From Octopus vulgaris (taxonomy: Eukaryota), in NCBI GenBank assembly GCA_951406725.2, contig OX597816.1, positions 142,662,001-142,726,000 of the forward strand: 64,000 nt of DNA, in the 5' to 3' direction. This document shows, in pieces, positions 13,376-27,376 of this stretch. The stretch's first letter is position 1. Each line of letters starts with the position of its first letter. The notes beneath the pieces were generated by a model that was not told the origin of the DNA, searched no databases, and saw only the letters and a program-made list of their open reading frames with translations. A program made the translations under genes and the position numbers.

Positions 13376-14049
13376 TCTACAGTGATGTCCCCCATCGCAT
13401 AAAAAAAAAAATGTAATTACTGAAAATCAGACTTTTATAACCTCAAAATCTAATTTTATTTATTCTCAGAAATTGAGTCAGTTCACTTGTGAATTTGTGA
13501 AAACTGGAACTAAAAGATAGAGTGCAGAAGATAAGACTCATAGAGCATTGGATGAAGGCATTAGACTATCTTTAATCAGGTGATCTGAAGTTTAATGCAT
13601 GCCTTGAATTCTCTCATCAGTTGGAAAACTTTCAATTTTAGGTGATTGGGTAGGGAAGAGATCTTAATGATATCACTGTGTTACTTATTAAAAGAAACCT
13701 GTATAATTCTGATTTATAAATGTTGATATTTCTGGCTATAAACATGCATCATCAAAATATGCTGCATTTGGTAAATCTTAGATCATGTGAGTGTGTGTGT
13801 GTGTGTGTAGGATAATCACTTTAAGGCTTTCTTTAAAACTAGAAAAAAGGATCAAACAGGTAGATTCCATAAGTATTTATAAAATTGGTCTAAAATCACT
13901 CCAATGCTCAATATGAATCTCTGTTTATTTTAAAATGTGAACTGACACTGGCAGTCAGGTAACTATTTCTCAGAATTTTTAGGCGGATTTCAATAAACTA
14001 AAATTGTGATCTTACAATAAAACAGCTTGATGAATCACTCACTGAAATT

Positions 14050-15290
14050 TTGGAATTTGGAGAAAATTTGATATGTCAATGGAAATTGATAAGAGTAGAG
14101 GTTGTGAATGTTATTGCGGTTAAATGTAGAAAAAGAAATCATGACTTGTTCGGTATGGACATGATGAATATAAATAGTTTAACATTAATTCATGAGATTG
14201 AAGCTCCAGGACAGTGTGAGAGATTAAGAGATTTTAAGGCTAACACTCTTCTCAAAGGAATATCAGGCTATGTTGAGGCAAAACCGTTGCAATACACATT
14301 AAACCATTAGTCATTGCAAAGCCAAGGAAACTAATTAATAAAGGTCTTTTTGAAGAAATTCCCTTGGAGGTAGTAAATGGGCCTTTCCTTCAGTGATTGT
14401 TTGAAAAGGTGGATGAAGATATCAGTAAATGGAGACTATAAAATAGGTGTAACTGAAAGAATACATAGAGATTCTGATCCGAACACAATCATTATTTTAT
14501 TCTCTTTCTGGTTTGAATTATTTTGCTAAATTGGATTTAAAGGGGGTAAATCATCAGATGGAAATGTGATATAAAACAAGAAATTACTACAATAAATATG
14601 TTAATGGATATTATAAGGTAGACATGTCTTCCATATGGAATTAAAACAACTATCACTATGTTTCAGAGAACTAGTGAATATGTTGGAAATGGCATTCGGA
14701 TTGTTATTTATCAAGATGATATATGTTATTGGCGCTAAAATTATTGAAAATGAAAGTAGATAAGATCATATAAAGAGAATTACCACTCATGATCATCAAT
14801 TGAGCAATATCTGTTAGAAATGGATGAATTGTCCATTTTGAATATAGGCTGACAATGAAGGATATATTACCACATTGTTTCGTAGGGAGAATTATGGTTA
14901 TAAAACCGCTAGAGGACAAGAAGCAATTTGAACCTTTTCTTGGACTTGTTTATTTCTATTGAAGAATTATTGATCCTTATCCAGTCTGTATATTGTTGCT
15001 TGCATCATTTTGTAAGCATGGAATCAATTTCCAGCAACAAAAGACATTTGAACATATAAAGCTGATGTTAGTATCAAAGCCAATAGCCCATATTTATGAT
15101 ACTGCTAAAGAAGTTTCCTGAACAACTGATATAGGTGAAAGAGCCATATCAGGAATACTTTCATAAGATGGCCAACCTATATTATTACATTTGAGAAGAG
15201 CATTAACCACTGTGAAACAAAATACTTAAATATTGGAAGGAAAACGTTGGTGATTGTATGCTGTTCTCAAAGAGCACTGCATATATGGAT
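14050..15290 (+). mobile_element. Degenerate Ty3/gypsy LTR-retrotransposon pol (RT-RNase H), no LTRs recognised
   Basis: CLPYGIKTTITMFQR, then IYQDDI (YQDD at 14709-14720), KQFEPFLGLVYFY*R and QQKTFEHIKLMLVSKPIAHIYDTAKEVS*TTDIGERAISGILS*DGQPI (RNase H entry). Many stops and frameshifts. Confidence 0.85.
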
Positions 15291-15859
15291 CACACATCAG
15301 TTGAGAATTATTTGATTCATATGCTGGGTGGTCAGAAATAAAGGTTAAGGATAAAGAAGCAGAAACAGTAGTATTTTGCAAGGTCTGTGAATTTCATGAT
15401 AATGACTTGTGTACATGGCTCAATAAAATCAGATATAAACCTATGAAAGTATCTGCATATCATCCAGAAAAAATGCTTGCAAGTTTAAAAGCGTATTCAT
15501 GAAGTGAATGTCACATACTGAGTTGCATGTTTGTTGAGCTATCACATTAACTCTTACTCAAGAAAACTTAAGTTCCAACTCTTATATGTACTGACAAATA
15601 TGATCATCAATAACAATGCTTTGTGAAACTAGTTCCAGTTTGGTATTGATGCAAAAAAAAAATAATTAAATAAAAGGCACTAGATGTATTTCTCAAACAA
15701 GAACAGAAACAACTGTGATTCTTAAGGATGAATAAAGTACATCAAATGTAGATCTTGAAGGATCTAATATTTTAATAGAGGGAAAAAGTACAGAATTGGG
15801 TCTGAAAGCTTTGAATGAAGTTCAAGGCTCCATTGAAAAGAATTGTGGTTTGATAACTG

Positions 15860-17075
15860 ATCACCATCATCATCATTTGATGTCTGCTTCCCATGCTAGC
15901 ATGAGTTGGATGGTTTGACATGGAGCTGGCTAACAGGAAGCTATCCAGACTCCGTCTGTTGTGGCATGGTTTCTATGGCTAGATTCCCTTCCTAATGCCA
16001 GTCACTTAAGTGTACTGAGTGCTTTTACATCCCACCAGCATGGGTTCATTCACACAGTGTAGGCACGGGTGTGTTTACACTGTGCAGGTATGGGTGTGTT
16101 TACACTGCACCAACACAGGTGCATTAATGCAGCACTAGCATGGATGCTTTTTAAATAGCTCTGGCACCTGAAAGGACAAGCTTGTATGTGTGGAAGACAG
16201 TGATTTTAATTAGCTTGACATGTCTTTATTAAGTACAACGAATTGCCACATCTTCTGGTCCATTGTCATTTCCTCAGTGAGGCCCAGCATTTGAGGATCT
16301 GTTCTCACCATTTCATCCCATGTCTTTTTTGGATCTACCCCTTTCAAAGGTATCCTCCACAATTACAGTTTGGCACTTCTTTACACAGCTGTCTTCATCC
16401 ATACACATCACATAACCAAACCAGTGCAATCTTCTCTCTTGCAACCAACATCTGATGTCTCTTATACCCAGTTTTCCTCTTAAATCATTTCCACTCTGTC
16501 CTGCATACACACTGACATTACCCATTCAGTAGAGCATGCTAGCTTCATTTCTTTGAAGCCTTTGCAAGTCCTCTGTAGTCAAAGCCCATGTTTCATTGTG
16601 TAACATAGTTGTATATACACAGGCATCATATCTGCCTTTCACTCTGAAGGAGAGGCCCTTAGTTATCAACAACAGTAGAAGCTCTCTGAACTTTGTCTAG
16701 CTCATTCTTATCCTAGCTACTAAACTTTCAGCACTTCCCCCACTACTGCTAACTTGGTGTCCTAAGTAACAGATGCTATCTACTACTTCTAATGTTCACT
16801 CCAAGTATTTGAGGGAGCCTATTGTCTGTGCATTTTTAGTGCTTATTGTATCTGCACATTTGCTGCACACAGACTATATTCTCCGTTAACTTTCCGGTAA
16901 TCCCGCTACACCTCTTATGTGTCCAAAACTTACTCTGTGTACAACATATGGAGTTTCTATCAACACTCTTCTTACATATTGAGAATGGCCATCTCTCAGA
17001 AGGGACTTATGATTTGTCTGTTTTCCTACTTACTAGGGCTTTGGCTTTTGTTAAATATATAATTTTCCTGGAACA
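15860..17075 (-). mobile_element. 5'-truncated RTE-clade LINE with 3' UTR and (GAT)n tail
   Basis: ORF 16313-16525 reads LRGKLGIRDIRCWLQERRLHWFGYVMCMDEDSCVKKCQ...RGRSKK. Further decayed RT-region sequence runs to about 17075. The 3' UTR contains a ~24-bp minisatellite (16030-16150) and ends ...CATGCTAGCATGGGAAGCAGACATCAAATGATGATG. Confidence 0.85.
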
Positions 17076-18559
17076 GGAACAAATATGAAAAAATGATTCC
17101 AGAAGCAGTTCTTGACTGGTAAAAAGAAGTAAACCAACTCTTTTGTGGGAGATGTCATTATTTTCTAAAATTGCATATATTTCATATGATCGTATATTAT
17201 TGGATCTATTCAAGTTACTTGTTTGTTGTCACATCTTGGCCATATAGTTGAATAAAACTTCTGACTTTAAAGTATCACATGTGACAATCTTTCCCAAGAC
17301 ACTCTATTTACATAAGGATTGTTTTAGTGTTTAATCTCTTACATTCTGGTTGTCTCCATTTCTTTGTGAGATACATTGTTTGTTGAGATTGATATTTTGA
17401 AGAAAAGCACCTTTCTCTCTTTCTCTCTCTCTCCCCTGTTCTCTATCATGTTTTGCCAAAGCTCTCTTCATACCCAGTTGTCCTGTTAAAAATGAATGTA
17501 CAGAAACAACACAGAGAAGTATGCATTTGCTAGAGATAAGGTACTTATGATGAAACAGAGACAACATTAAATAGGAAGGACCTTTTAATCTCGATGGGAG
17601 AAATGCAACCTCTCTAGTGCTGGTGCCATAATGTAATACATCCAGCACTCTCCATAAAGAGATTGATGATAGGAAAGGCATTCAACTAAAGCTCATGCAT
17701 TCTCCTCACAATCAAAATGGAATGTACTCACAAGACCTAGTTTCCTACTCATCTTGCAGAACAGTAACTCTGAATATGAACTGACTTGAATTATGATGAC
17801 CCATCTTATGCCTGCCATATTCTTCTATTTTAGTACCTCCCTTTCTTAATTCTTCCTTGCCCTCTTTTCCTAATTCTCTTACTTCAACAAAATTAAAAAA
17901 ATTATCCAGAATGTTCCTGAATTTGGAGCAAGACATAGAATTAGGGTAGGTTCAGCTTCATAGCACAAACATATTAGTTTCTCTTGTGCCTGTCTTTGAG
18001 TACATTATCAAATTCATATACTAAATCATTTGATCTACCCTCTCCCCATACTACTTTCCTTGTTCGACAAGTAGCATAGCTATAATTATAATAACATCTA
18101 ATAAATGTAGAATTCAGTTTCATAATTCATTTCATCTCTGTTTCAATCAATGTATGTATGAATCTCTCTCTTTCTTTCTCTCCCTCTTTTCTCTATGGAA
18201 TTGAATTTGAAACAAGATTGTTGGTTTAGTTACTGTTTTCCATTAAATATAGATGCATTAAAAGTGTATATGTATTATATGTACATTTACACATGTCTGT
18301 GTATACATATATCTGTGCACCTCTACCACCCACATATACATGTATGTATGTTTTTATGTCACCAGTTTTCTATGACTGGAATTTCCTAAATGTCTATTAT
18401 CTATGGATGGCAACTAGAGGAAATTGGTATTAAATATCAGCTTAATTTTTGTTATTATTAATCATTTCTGTTTTTAAGTACCTCTCTCCCCATTGAAGTA
18501 TATCCATTTGCTCGTCAACAGTTTCTATTTTCTAACCTCATCTCATATAAACTAATCAT

Positions 18560-19270
18560 TACCATCATAATTTTGTGTCCACTTTCCATGCTGGTATGGA
18601 TTGCACAAGTTGTCACAATCTGAGTTCTTGTTTAGTGTTACCATTCTTGAGGAGTTGAAGAATCATGACTCAATTGTATAGCTGTTTGTTAAGGTTTCTA
18701 CTGTTGGATATCCTTGCAAATGCCAATCATTTTACAGTGTGTTGGTGCCTTTTTTCATAGCACTAGCATTAGTGGAGTTGTCTTGTCATTGGCAAGACTA
18801 AAAAGCTATCTCAATTTTATGTTGTCTCTGTTTGTGGCAACATAAACAAATGGTGTTTAGAAGAGTGTAACAGAACTGGGGAAAGTGATAAAAAAGAGAT
18901 TATGATGGAGAAAACAGTGATAGAGATGGGAGGATGATAGAGGAGACAGCTATAGAAGAGATAGTGATAGGCAGCTATATGTTGGTTGTTGACTGGAGAA
19001 TGACTAGAAAAACAAACATAAATGGCATGATGGAGGAAGAGAATAAGAGAAAGACTCAAGAATGGAAGAAGGAGTAGTGTGTGCCAACAATAAGTGCCAG
19101 TTGAAGGAGTGAGGAAGATATAGTAGTGAGTGATGGGTGTCTATTAATAAGAGAAAGAGAGACACAGTGATGACTAGCAATAATGAAAGATGATGGTAGG
19201 GACAGCTTAAACTCAAATCCAGTGCCATTCTTCATGTAGCCAATGAGAGAAAAAAGAAATAGTGATAAAG
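18560..19270 (-). mobile_element. Composite repeat: pyrimidine-rich body plus RTE-like 3' tail
   Basis: Tail CATCATAATTTTGTGTCCACTTTCCATGCTGG... followed by a purine-rich tract (18860-19270) on +. The same architecture occurs inverted at 48300-48937 and again at about 50700-51480. Confidence 0.55.
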
Positions 19271-19358
19271 ACTGATGATAGCGCGGGGGGGGGGGGGCAG
19301 GGAGTTTAGTGTGTGAGTGTATATACGTGTGTGTGTGTGTGTGTGTGTGTGTATGTAT

Positions 19359-20310
19359 ATAACTATAATTATATATTTACAATAATATATGCTCCATTTA
19401 AAGTGACTAAACCTAAACAATTGACTGGAAACAGCTGGGCTGAACCACTGGGAATTGAACTCATCAATGCTTACATGACTCCGTATGCTCCCAATTCACC
19501 CACATAGCCCACTCATCAATTTCAGTCAGTTTTAATGTATAGATAATTTTAGCCTAGAATATATATTTATAAATAAATCTGAAGGACGTAAATTACAGAG
19601 AAAAGCAACACACATCGTCATCATCATTTAATGTCTGCTTTCCATGCTGCCATGGGTTGGACAGTTTGACTGAGCTCTGGCAATGTTTCTACAGTTGGAT
19701 GCCCCTCCTAATGCCAACCACTCAGTGTAGTTGGTGCTTTTTACATGCCACCAGCACAGGAGCCAGTCAGGCAGCACTGGCATCAACCATATTTAGATGG
19801 TGCTTTTTATGTGCCACTGGCATGGGAGCCATAGGTCCTTTCAATTCAGGTGTTCAATTCTCAGTGGTTTGTTCCAGCTTTTTTCAGTCAGTTGTTTAGG
19901 TTTTGTCATTTTAAATAGAGCATATTATTGCAAATAATATATAATTATAGTTATCAAAAAGGGCCTATATGTGTTGCTCTTCTCCATAATTTACAGCCTT
20001 TGGGTTTGTTTACAAATTTATAAATATATTTTCTTGACTAAAATTATCTTTACATTAAAATTGGCTGAAATTGATGGGTGAGCTATGTGGGTGAATTGGG
20101 TGCATACGGAGCCATGTAAGCATTGATGCCATATTCAATTCCCAGTGGTCCAGCCCATTTTTTTTTCTTTTCAGTCAATTGTTCAGGTTTAGTTACTTTA
20201 AATGGAGCATATATTATTGTAAATAATATATTTTATAAAGGACCTATGTGTGTCACTCTTCTCTGTAATTGACATCCTTCAGGTTTGTTTACAGATTTAT
20301 AAATATATAT
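19359..20310. repeat. ~280-bp unit with tRNA-like A/B boxes: one inverted copy plus ~1.6 tandem copies
   Basis: 19359-19614 (continuing at 19830-19840) is the reverse complement of 19961-20235. Direct partial copies lie at 19851-19954 and 20240-20310. The unit contains TGGGTGAATTGG ... (GAG)TTCAATTCCC. Confidence 0.85.
19615..19829 (-). mobile_element. Short retrocopy of the RTE-like 3' tail, inserted into the 280-bp unit
   Basis: CATCATCATTTAATGTCTGCTTTCCATGCTGCCATGGGTTGGACAGTTTGAC... splits ACACACAT|AGGTCC of the host unit. Confidence 0.8.
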
Positions 20311-20399
20311 ATACACATACACACACCACATGTATTCATATCTCAAACTACAGCACTTCTATTATTTTAACATTTGTTTTGTATGGGTTTTCTCTAGCA

Positions 20400-20860
20400 C
20401 CACATGTTACCTCTTGTGGTCCTTTGCCATCTTTGTATGGTTCAGCTTCCTGCAATTAATATTCATCACTTTGTACTATGTCTTATATCCTTATTCCACA
20501 GGTTGTATCCACTTCAAGTACTTGATGCTTTTTTTATGCAACTGACATCCTCTGTACACATCAGCGGCCCCTACAAGTGAAGCTTTCTCTCTTTCACGCT
20601 ACACCTGATTCTTTTTTATCTACAGTTTTCTTCTCAGTTCATTTGTACTCAGTCATTCATGCATCCCAACATTAAATATCCTGCAAAACTTGCTTCTTAC
20701 TCATTTCTTTCCAGCCTTCACATTTATCTTCCACATATATATCATAGCTATAAAGTGATGTACAAGCATTCAGCTCTGAAGCCACCACCTTTCATAGCAG
20801 AAACAGCCATAAGCCAATGAAGCTGATTACATAATTCTTGTTCGCTTGTCATTTCATTAA
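20400..20860 (-). mobile_element. Degenerate RTE LINE fragment (same family as 15860-17075)
   Basis: Minus strand reads RLERNE...FNVGMHE*LSTNELRRKL...RIRCSVKERKLH, colinear with the 16313-16560 region. Confidence 0.7.
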
Positions 20861-22927
20861 TCATATCACATTTTGTACTTGCCTAACTTTTACTCTGAAG
20901 TGTATGTATATTGAGTTCTAACAATAGGCTATTAGTATCACTATGTCAAGGCAAGATCATAAAAAAACATTATGTGAATGCTATAATTTTTTAATAAAAG
21001 GAAATGGTGCTCAATATATGATGTAGAATTTATTCAAGAACTGACAAGTTCTTTTTATGTTGTTTCTGAGTTTAAAAAGCAAATTACCCTTGTGAAATTG
21101 GATGGATAACATGCAGTTTTATTTCCTGTTCTCTTTGTAAATTTTAAAACCTTGTACTTTTTGAAAATAAATCAATATTTCTCAATTTTGAAATATGTTT
21201 GAATAATTGAAAATGGTTAAAAACCCAAACTTCAAGTATTATTTATTTTTATCCATTTTCCTTTTTACTTGTTTTCATTTAATTTCCATTTCTTTTTTCA
21301 AAGAAGTAAATTAAAAATATTGACTTCTACACCTAATATCAAGTCAGAAAGTAATGTTATGTCATACAATGGGTCATTGAGACATAACCAATGTCTTTAT
21401 TTCATCAAAAGATGCAGAGATATATTGGAGCATTCTTACTCCAATGGAATGATTTCAGCATCTAGCAGTTCAGGCCAACATAACCTTTTTACACTGTTTA
21501 GTCAACAGAGTAAGGGCTGTGCCCATGAATTTTATATTTTTTCTGCTGGGCCCTTGGGACTGGTCAGATAAAGGAAAATAGATCTTGATATCATCAGACT
21601 GCACATAGTTCAAATACTTGCAACAGTGGACACCTGTTAATGATACTCTAGGGTGCCATTAAGTTAGTCACACATTGATTGCAGATATGAATTATGTGCC
21701 TGTATATATATGACACCTGTTTATGTTAAGTAGACTGACATAATGCTATAGTTAGGTGTACTTGTAACCTGATAACTGTTTAGATTGAAGTGGACCAGTA
21801 ACATTTTACATTGGAGCAGACCTGTGTGGAGAGTTTGTTTTGCATATGAATATGATAGGGGATGTATGTCTGAATACATTGTCTAAAGTATTCATTAAAT
21901 CTTATTGGTGCCGATTTTATCATTTGTTACTATGGGAGTTGCTAAAATATATACTGGTAGTATATTGGTTCATCTACATTGCATCTTTACCATCTATGAA
22001 AGAGAAAGAAGATGGTTTAAGGAAGAAACTATTATCTACATGGTGCCAAGTTTTCATTGAATTGATATGGCATGATTCAGTTTTCAACATCTTGATGTAA
22101 CTCTTGCTCTTGGAACAAGCATAAACTTATAAATTTTAATTTTCTGTACTCCGTAACTCTGTCATTAAGCCTAATTGAAATAATTTACAGTATCACCTCA
22201 AAAGTATTCATCTTATTTTTTTTACGTAACATTTAAATGCTTTTTTCAGCAAGCAAGTTCACATATACTGGTGAGGTTTTGCTTTGATTGAATGAAACTA
22301 ACATCTGTTGCACAGAATTATTTCACTATGTAGTAAGACTCTATTTCTGATCAAAGGCCAAAGACATGTTTTTCACAGTTAGAAACGGAGGCAAATATAT
22401 TTGTACTGTCAATTTCTGAATGAAAAAGAGATCTGGCTCTTTCTTAACATTAATATAGTATTTCTTGCATTATTCACATACCATCTTGGTTTTCTCTCTC
22501 TTTCTGCCTTTCCTCTAGTAGGGTAGTTTACTGTTTTCATCTTTTTAGGGTGGTGAATAAGAAGCAATTATCATTGTCTAGTGTGCTAGTTCACATATAT
22601 TTATTACTATATCAAATCATAAAACACCCCTTGGTTGTTGGTCTATTATGGGACTTGACTACATGGTATAATAAATTCTACAATACAGCCAATGTTGGTT
22701 TTTATCCTTGTCAGGTAAAACTCACCAGTATGAATGAACTTCCCCATTGAAAAACATTTCAATGTTACTTTTGTCCATCAAGCTGGGCATATTTTGTACC
22801 ATAGTTCACTCCTCTGTTTAATTTTTCCTATACACCTATGGTTTACACATTTCTTTCAAAAGCCTAATTTTGAATTAAATTCAGCAATAATATCAGCACA
22901 TTTCATTGACAGTATTTACATACAAGA

Positions 22928-23385
22928 AGGCAGTGAGCTGGCAGAATCATTACCTATTTCTTTACTACCCACAAGGAGCTAAACACAGAGAGGACAAACG
23001 GATTAAGTCGATTATATCGCCCCCAGTGTGTAACTGGTACTTAATTAATTGACCCCGAAAGGATGAAAGGCAAAGTCGACCTCGGCAGAATTTGAACTCA
23101 GAACGTAACGGTAGACGAAATACGGCTATGCATTTCACCCGGCATGCTAACGGTTCTGCCAGCTCGCCGCCTTCAAGCAGAATCATTGCCGTACTGGAAA
23201 AAAAAATGCTTAGCAGCATTTCTTCTGACTTTACATTCTGAGTTCAAATGTTGCTAAAGTCGATTTTGCCTTTCATCTTTTCAGGAGTTGATGATAAAAT
23301 AAGTGCCAGTCAAGTACTGGGGTTGATGTAATCAACTTGCACTCTCCTCCACAATTTCTGACCTAGTGCCAAAATTTGAAACCAA
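22928..23385 (+). mobile_element. Family A SINE (host), interrupted by an antisense copy of the same family
   Basis: Head AGGCAGTGAGCTGGCAGAATCATT resumes at 23177 and continues TTCTGAGTTCAAATG...GCCTTTCATC...GTGCCAAAATTTGAAACCAAT. Confidence 0.85.
22952..23176 (-). mobile_element. Young family A SINE with 11-bp TSD
   Basis: CpG-rich copy (GGCGGCGAGCTGGCAGAACCGTTAGC... on minus) flanked by GCAGAATCATT at 22941-22951 and 23177-23187. Confidence 0.9.
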
Positions 23386-26300
23386 TATTTTTGACATACA
23401 GGGATATTAAAAAATGTGTGATGGGAAAACAAAAATGAAGTAACATTATAGAATAAGTAACTTTAACTTTGCATTGATGATTATAACATGATAGCGGAAA
23501 AGAAATAACCATTTCATAAATACAATATCAAATACTAAACTAGATCAGAGCTTCCACTCAAAGATTTATTTTGAACAAGGTATCATTACTTTTACCCACC
23601 ACCACAATAAAAGTGAAAAAGAATATGAGCTGTTCTACAAGTTGAGAGATAGCAGCTGAGTGAAAAACTTTACATTACCTGAATTAAACCAAAAATGCTC
23701 TTTTATTATGGATTAGCAGAATTAGCTGAATGTTGGATAAAATGCCTTGCAGTATCTAGTTGTCTTTTTTACATTCTAAGGTCCAGGTAGACTTTGCCAT
23801 TCAAACTTTGAGGGTTGATTATTTTTTCATGCTCAGGATTACCAAAGCATAGAAAAATCTACTTACGTCTCTTCCTTGCTGTCCAGACACTATCCTTCAA
23901 AAATTTCATGCTTTCTGAAATCCATCAACACTATTCCTAATGTACCTATGGATCCTTTCCTCTTTAGAGTTCTTTTATTTTTCTGTCTTTTTGTGTGTTT
24001 ATCATATGTATTTATGCATGTACTTTTGGCTTAATTGCCCTCTTTCTTTAATTATTGCTGCCTTCTGTTACTTCTTTTACCTTTTCTTGAGGAATTATAG
24101 TGCAGCTGAGCAGTGTGTATGATAAGTTCATTATTATAATTACTATTTTTCCCTACTTTAAAATATCTGATTGCTTATCAGCATTGGAAATTGTTATTAC
24201 TATCAATATTAATGTTTCTATAGGAAATACAATGGCTATTAGGCTAAATTGCAAAACAAGTGAGTACATGATCTTAGTTTCAAATCTTGATACAGTTAGT
24301 GTAGTCTGAGTAAAATGTTCTTTATTTCATTTTTGAATGACTGAACCCAAACCAGTTGCATCCCTACTTCAGAGTTGCAGGGTTTTCTGTAGCAAGGGTA
24401 TCCAATTACTCCAACAAATCCCCTTCAATTATGTTACAGTGACAAGTTGGTAGAGTATTGAACAAGGTATCAAACTGTGCTGATTACATGATTGAGAAGT
24501 GCAACCTCCTTAACCATACAAACATGTCTGACATTATTTTGTGTCAATATAAATCATTATTCAGACCATATAATTAATTTTATCTTCATAATTTTTGTTA
24601 TTATTAGGTCAGTAGATAAGACAATAGTGTTGCACTAAATGACTTACTATAATTGTATGTGTTTACATTCTGAATTCAATTTTCATCACTGTCAACTTTG
24701 CCTTTCATCCCTTTATGGATCAATAAAAAAAATACCAGGTGCATAATAGAGTTAACTGAATTGATTTACATGCTATTATAAACTCTGCAGTGTATACTAG
24801 ATACATTAATATTATTGTCGTTTAGCACCATTCAGTCCTGTTGAATAGACTTCAGATCATAAACATTCTAATTATGACTGTCTTGCTTTTTTTTTTCTAT
24901 TATCTAGTATCTAACACTACATTATCCAATATAGTTTCAGATACATCTTAAGATGTTAGTGTGATTTAATAAGGATTTGACTATTATTTCTAGCTTAAGT
25001 GACCATGTAGAATCACTCTTGTTGGCTTTTACTTTTAATGCATTGGATTAAATGTGCTGTAGTATTTATTTTTGTCTCAAGTCCCATGAACATATTCCAT
25101 TGAGCAGGAATTTGCTTTCATCTTCCTGAAATTGATAAATTGGACGCCAGTTATAGATTAGGATTGACTTAGTTACATACCCCACCCATCCCCAACAAAA
25201 CCAGCCAGTGAGAGTCTCTGTGGTTGCTTGACCTGTTACAAATAGATCACTATTATTTTAGTTAGATGCTGTCTTCTGAATTAAAATCTCGGTGAGGCCA
25301 ACTTTGCCCTCCATCTCTCCAATGTCAATAAAATAAATACTAGTAATGTATTCAGGAAAGAGATGTGAATGTAATTCATTTGATCATACATTCCCTTTAT
25401 AAATCTGTAATCTTGTGCAATTATTGTTACTGCTGCCACTACGGTTGTAGTAGTGGCAGTGGTGCTCATCACCGTCAAAGGGAACCTTTAAAGCCACATA
25501 ATAAATGGCCCTGCTCAAACAGCAACAAAATCAACCACATCTATCCTTTAATATTTTGCCCTTTCATCTCCTGAGATAGTAATATGATGCTGAAAAGGAT
25601 CTCTCTCTCTCTCTCTGTATATATATATATATATATATATATTATATTTTGACATTGACTTCAGTTTTGCTTGCTTATTCAGTATGAACAAACCATACAC
25701 ACCTAGAAAAATTCTGAAGTCATTGTCCATGAAATTATTATAAATATCAGATTCTACACTTGTATTGAGTCCATTATTCAGTTAATATTTACTGTTTTCA
25801 TGCATGCAAAAACAGTTTTGCTTTCTATGTATGTTAATAATTACTGTAGCTGTTTTGGCAACACCATTAACAAATGATATAGATTGCCTGATAGAATTTA
25901 TAAATGATGTCCTACTAAATGTTAATGCTAGATCATTATTAAATAAGATATTAGTGTGAATAGCAGAGATGACAGGTTGTCAGTTAATCTTGTCATCAGC
26001 ACAGCATTGCATTTGTGGCCAAAAAAGATGAGTACTAGCCAACAAGTGAACTTCTACATTGGTTGTTGAACCTGTTAGAAATAACAGCTAATTATTCCTC
26101 TCCTCAAATTATATCCTCTGTCTTTGATAAAGAAAGAGTACATTAGATAATAACTTATATCATGAAGTCGTTGTTGGAACACTTTATTATGTCTACTGGT
26201 TCATGACCTTATAACCCTTAGCAGATGGTTCCACTTTGGTCTAAGTAGGTTATTACCATTTAATCTCAGATCAGCCTTAATCAAGTGGACCTATTATTAC

Positions 26301-27223
26301 AAGCACTCCAACTATGACTATCCTATCCTTTTGTGTATCTAGGATTACATTAGTCAATGCATTTTTTTTTTTTTAAGGTAGTGCGATTTTTTTTTTGTTA
26401 GGGGTATTTGGCTACTATTTCTTGCAGGGCAAGTAGCTACAAATTTTAAATAGGTAACAGTGTTGTTCTTTTACCATTACAAGTAATGGCTATTCTAAGA
26501 GTATAAAATGTGTTCATTATCTTTCAATATTGGAGTTTAATTCTAATTGATAGACCAGTGTTCTACTCAAAGTTCTTTTTCTGATTTGAGTAATGCCAAG
26601 GAAATGACAAATCTTATAATTTACCAATTCTGCCAACACCCCCAGCCCGCTATTTTATATATTTGGCTTGATTTCTGTGACTGGGTGACATTCCTAACAC
26701 CAAACACTTTGCAGTGTGCACTGGGTGCTTTTAAAATGGCACCAGCATGTGCACTTTTATGTGGGGCTGGCAGAAGTTAAATATAATCTTTGATATGAAA
26801 GAAAAGGGTGTCATTATGCTGTTTGCATCATATATGTATTTGTTTATATTCATAATGATCCACTCCTCCACTATCTTGTTTCTTTTGTCACATCCAGTAC
26901 TTCAAGTAATAAGAGTCCACCGTTTTGTTGTCTAACAGATCACTCATAGTGTGATAATGAGTAGAAATACTCAATTGCCAGATTCAAATAAATAAAACTT
27001 TATTTCATGTACTGAGTACTTTTTCTCCCATTTATTACACATAATTTAAAACAGTTTTGTTGATAAAGTATTTGATGTCTGCTTTATTGCAAGAAAGTAA
27101 TGGAAAATTAGTCAACATTATTATATATTATGTATGTAATGGAAAATATGTCAACTATATATTATTATGCATATGTACACACACAGACATGCATACATGT
27201 ATTTTTTTTATTTTATTTTTTAG

Positions 27224-27376
<153 letters not shown>

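Noticed and set aside
21269-21571. ORF with GMISAS, faintly like the Tc1 transposase motif VWGxIS
   Set aside because: A single short motif with no DDE context or TIRs.
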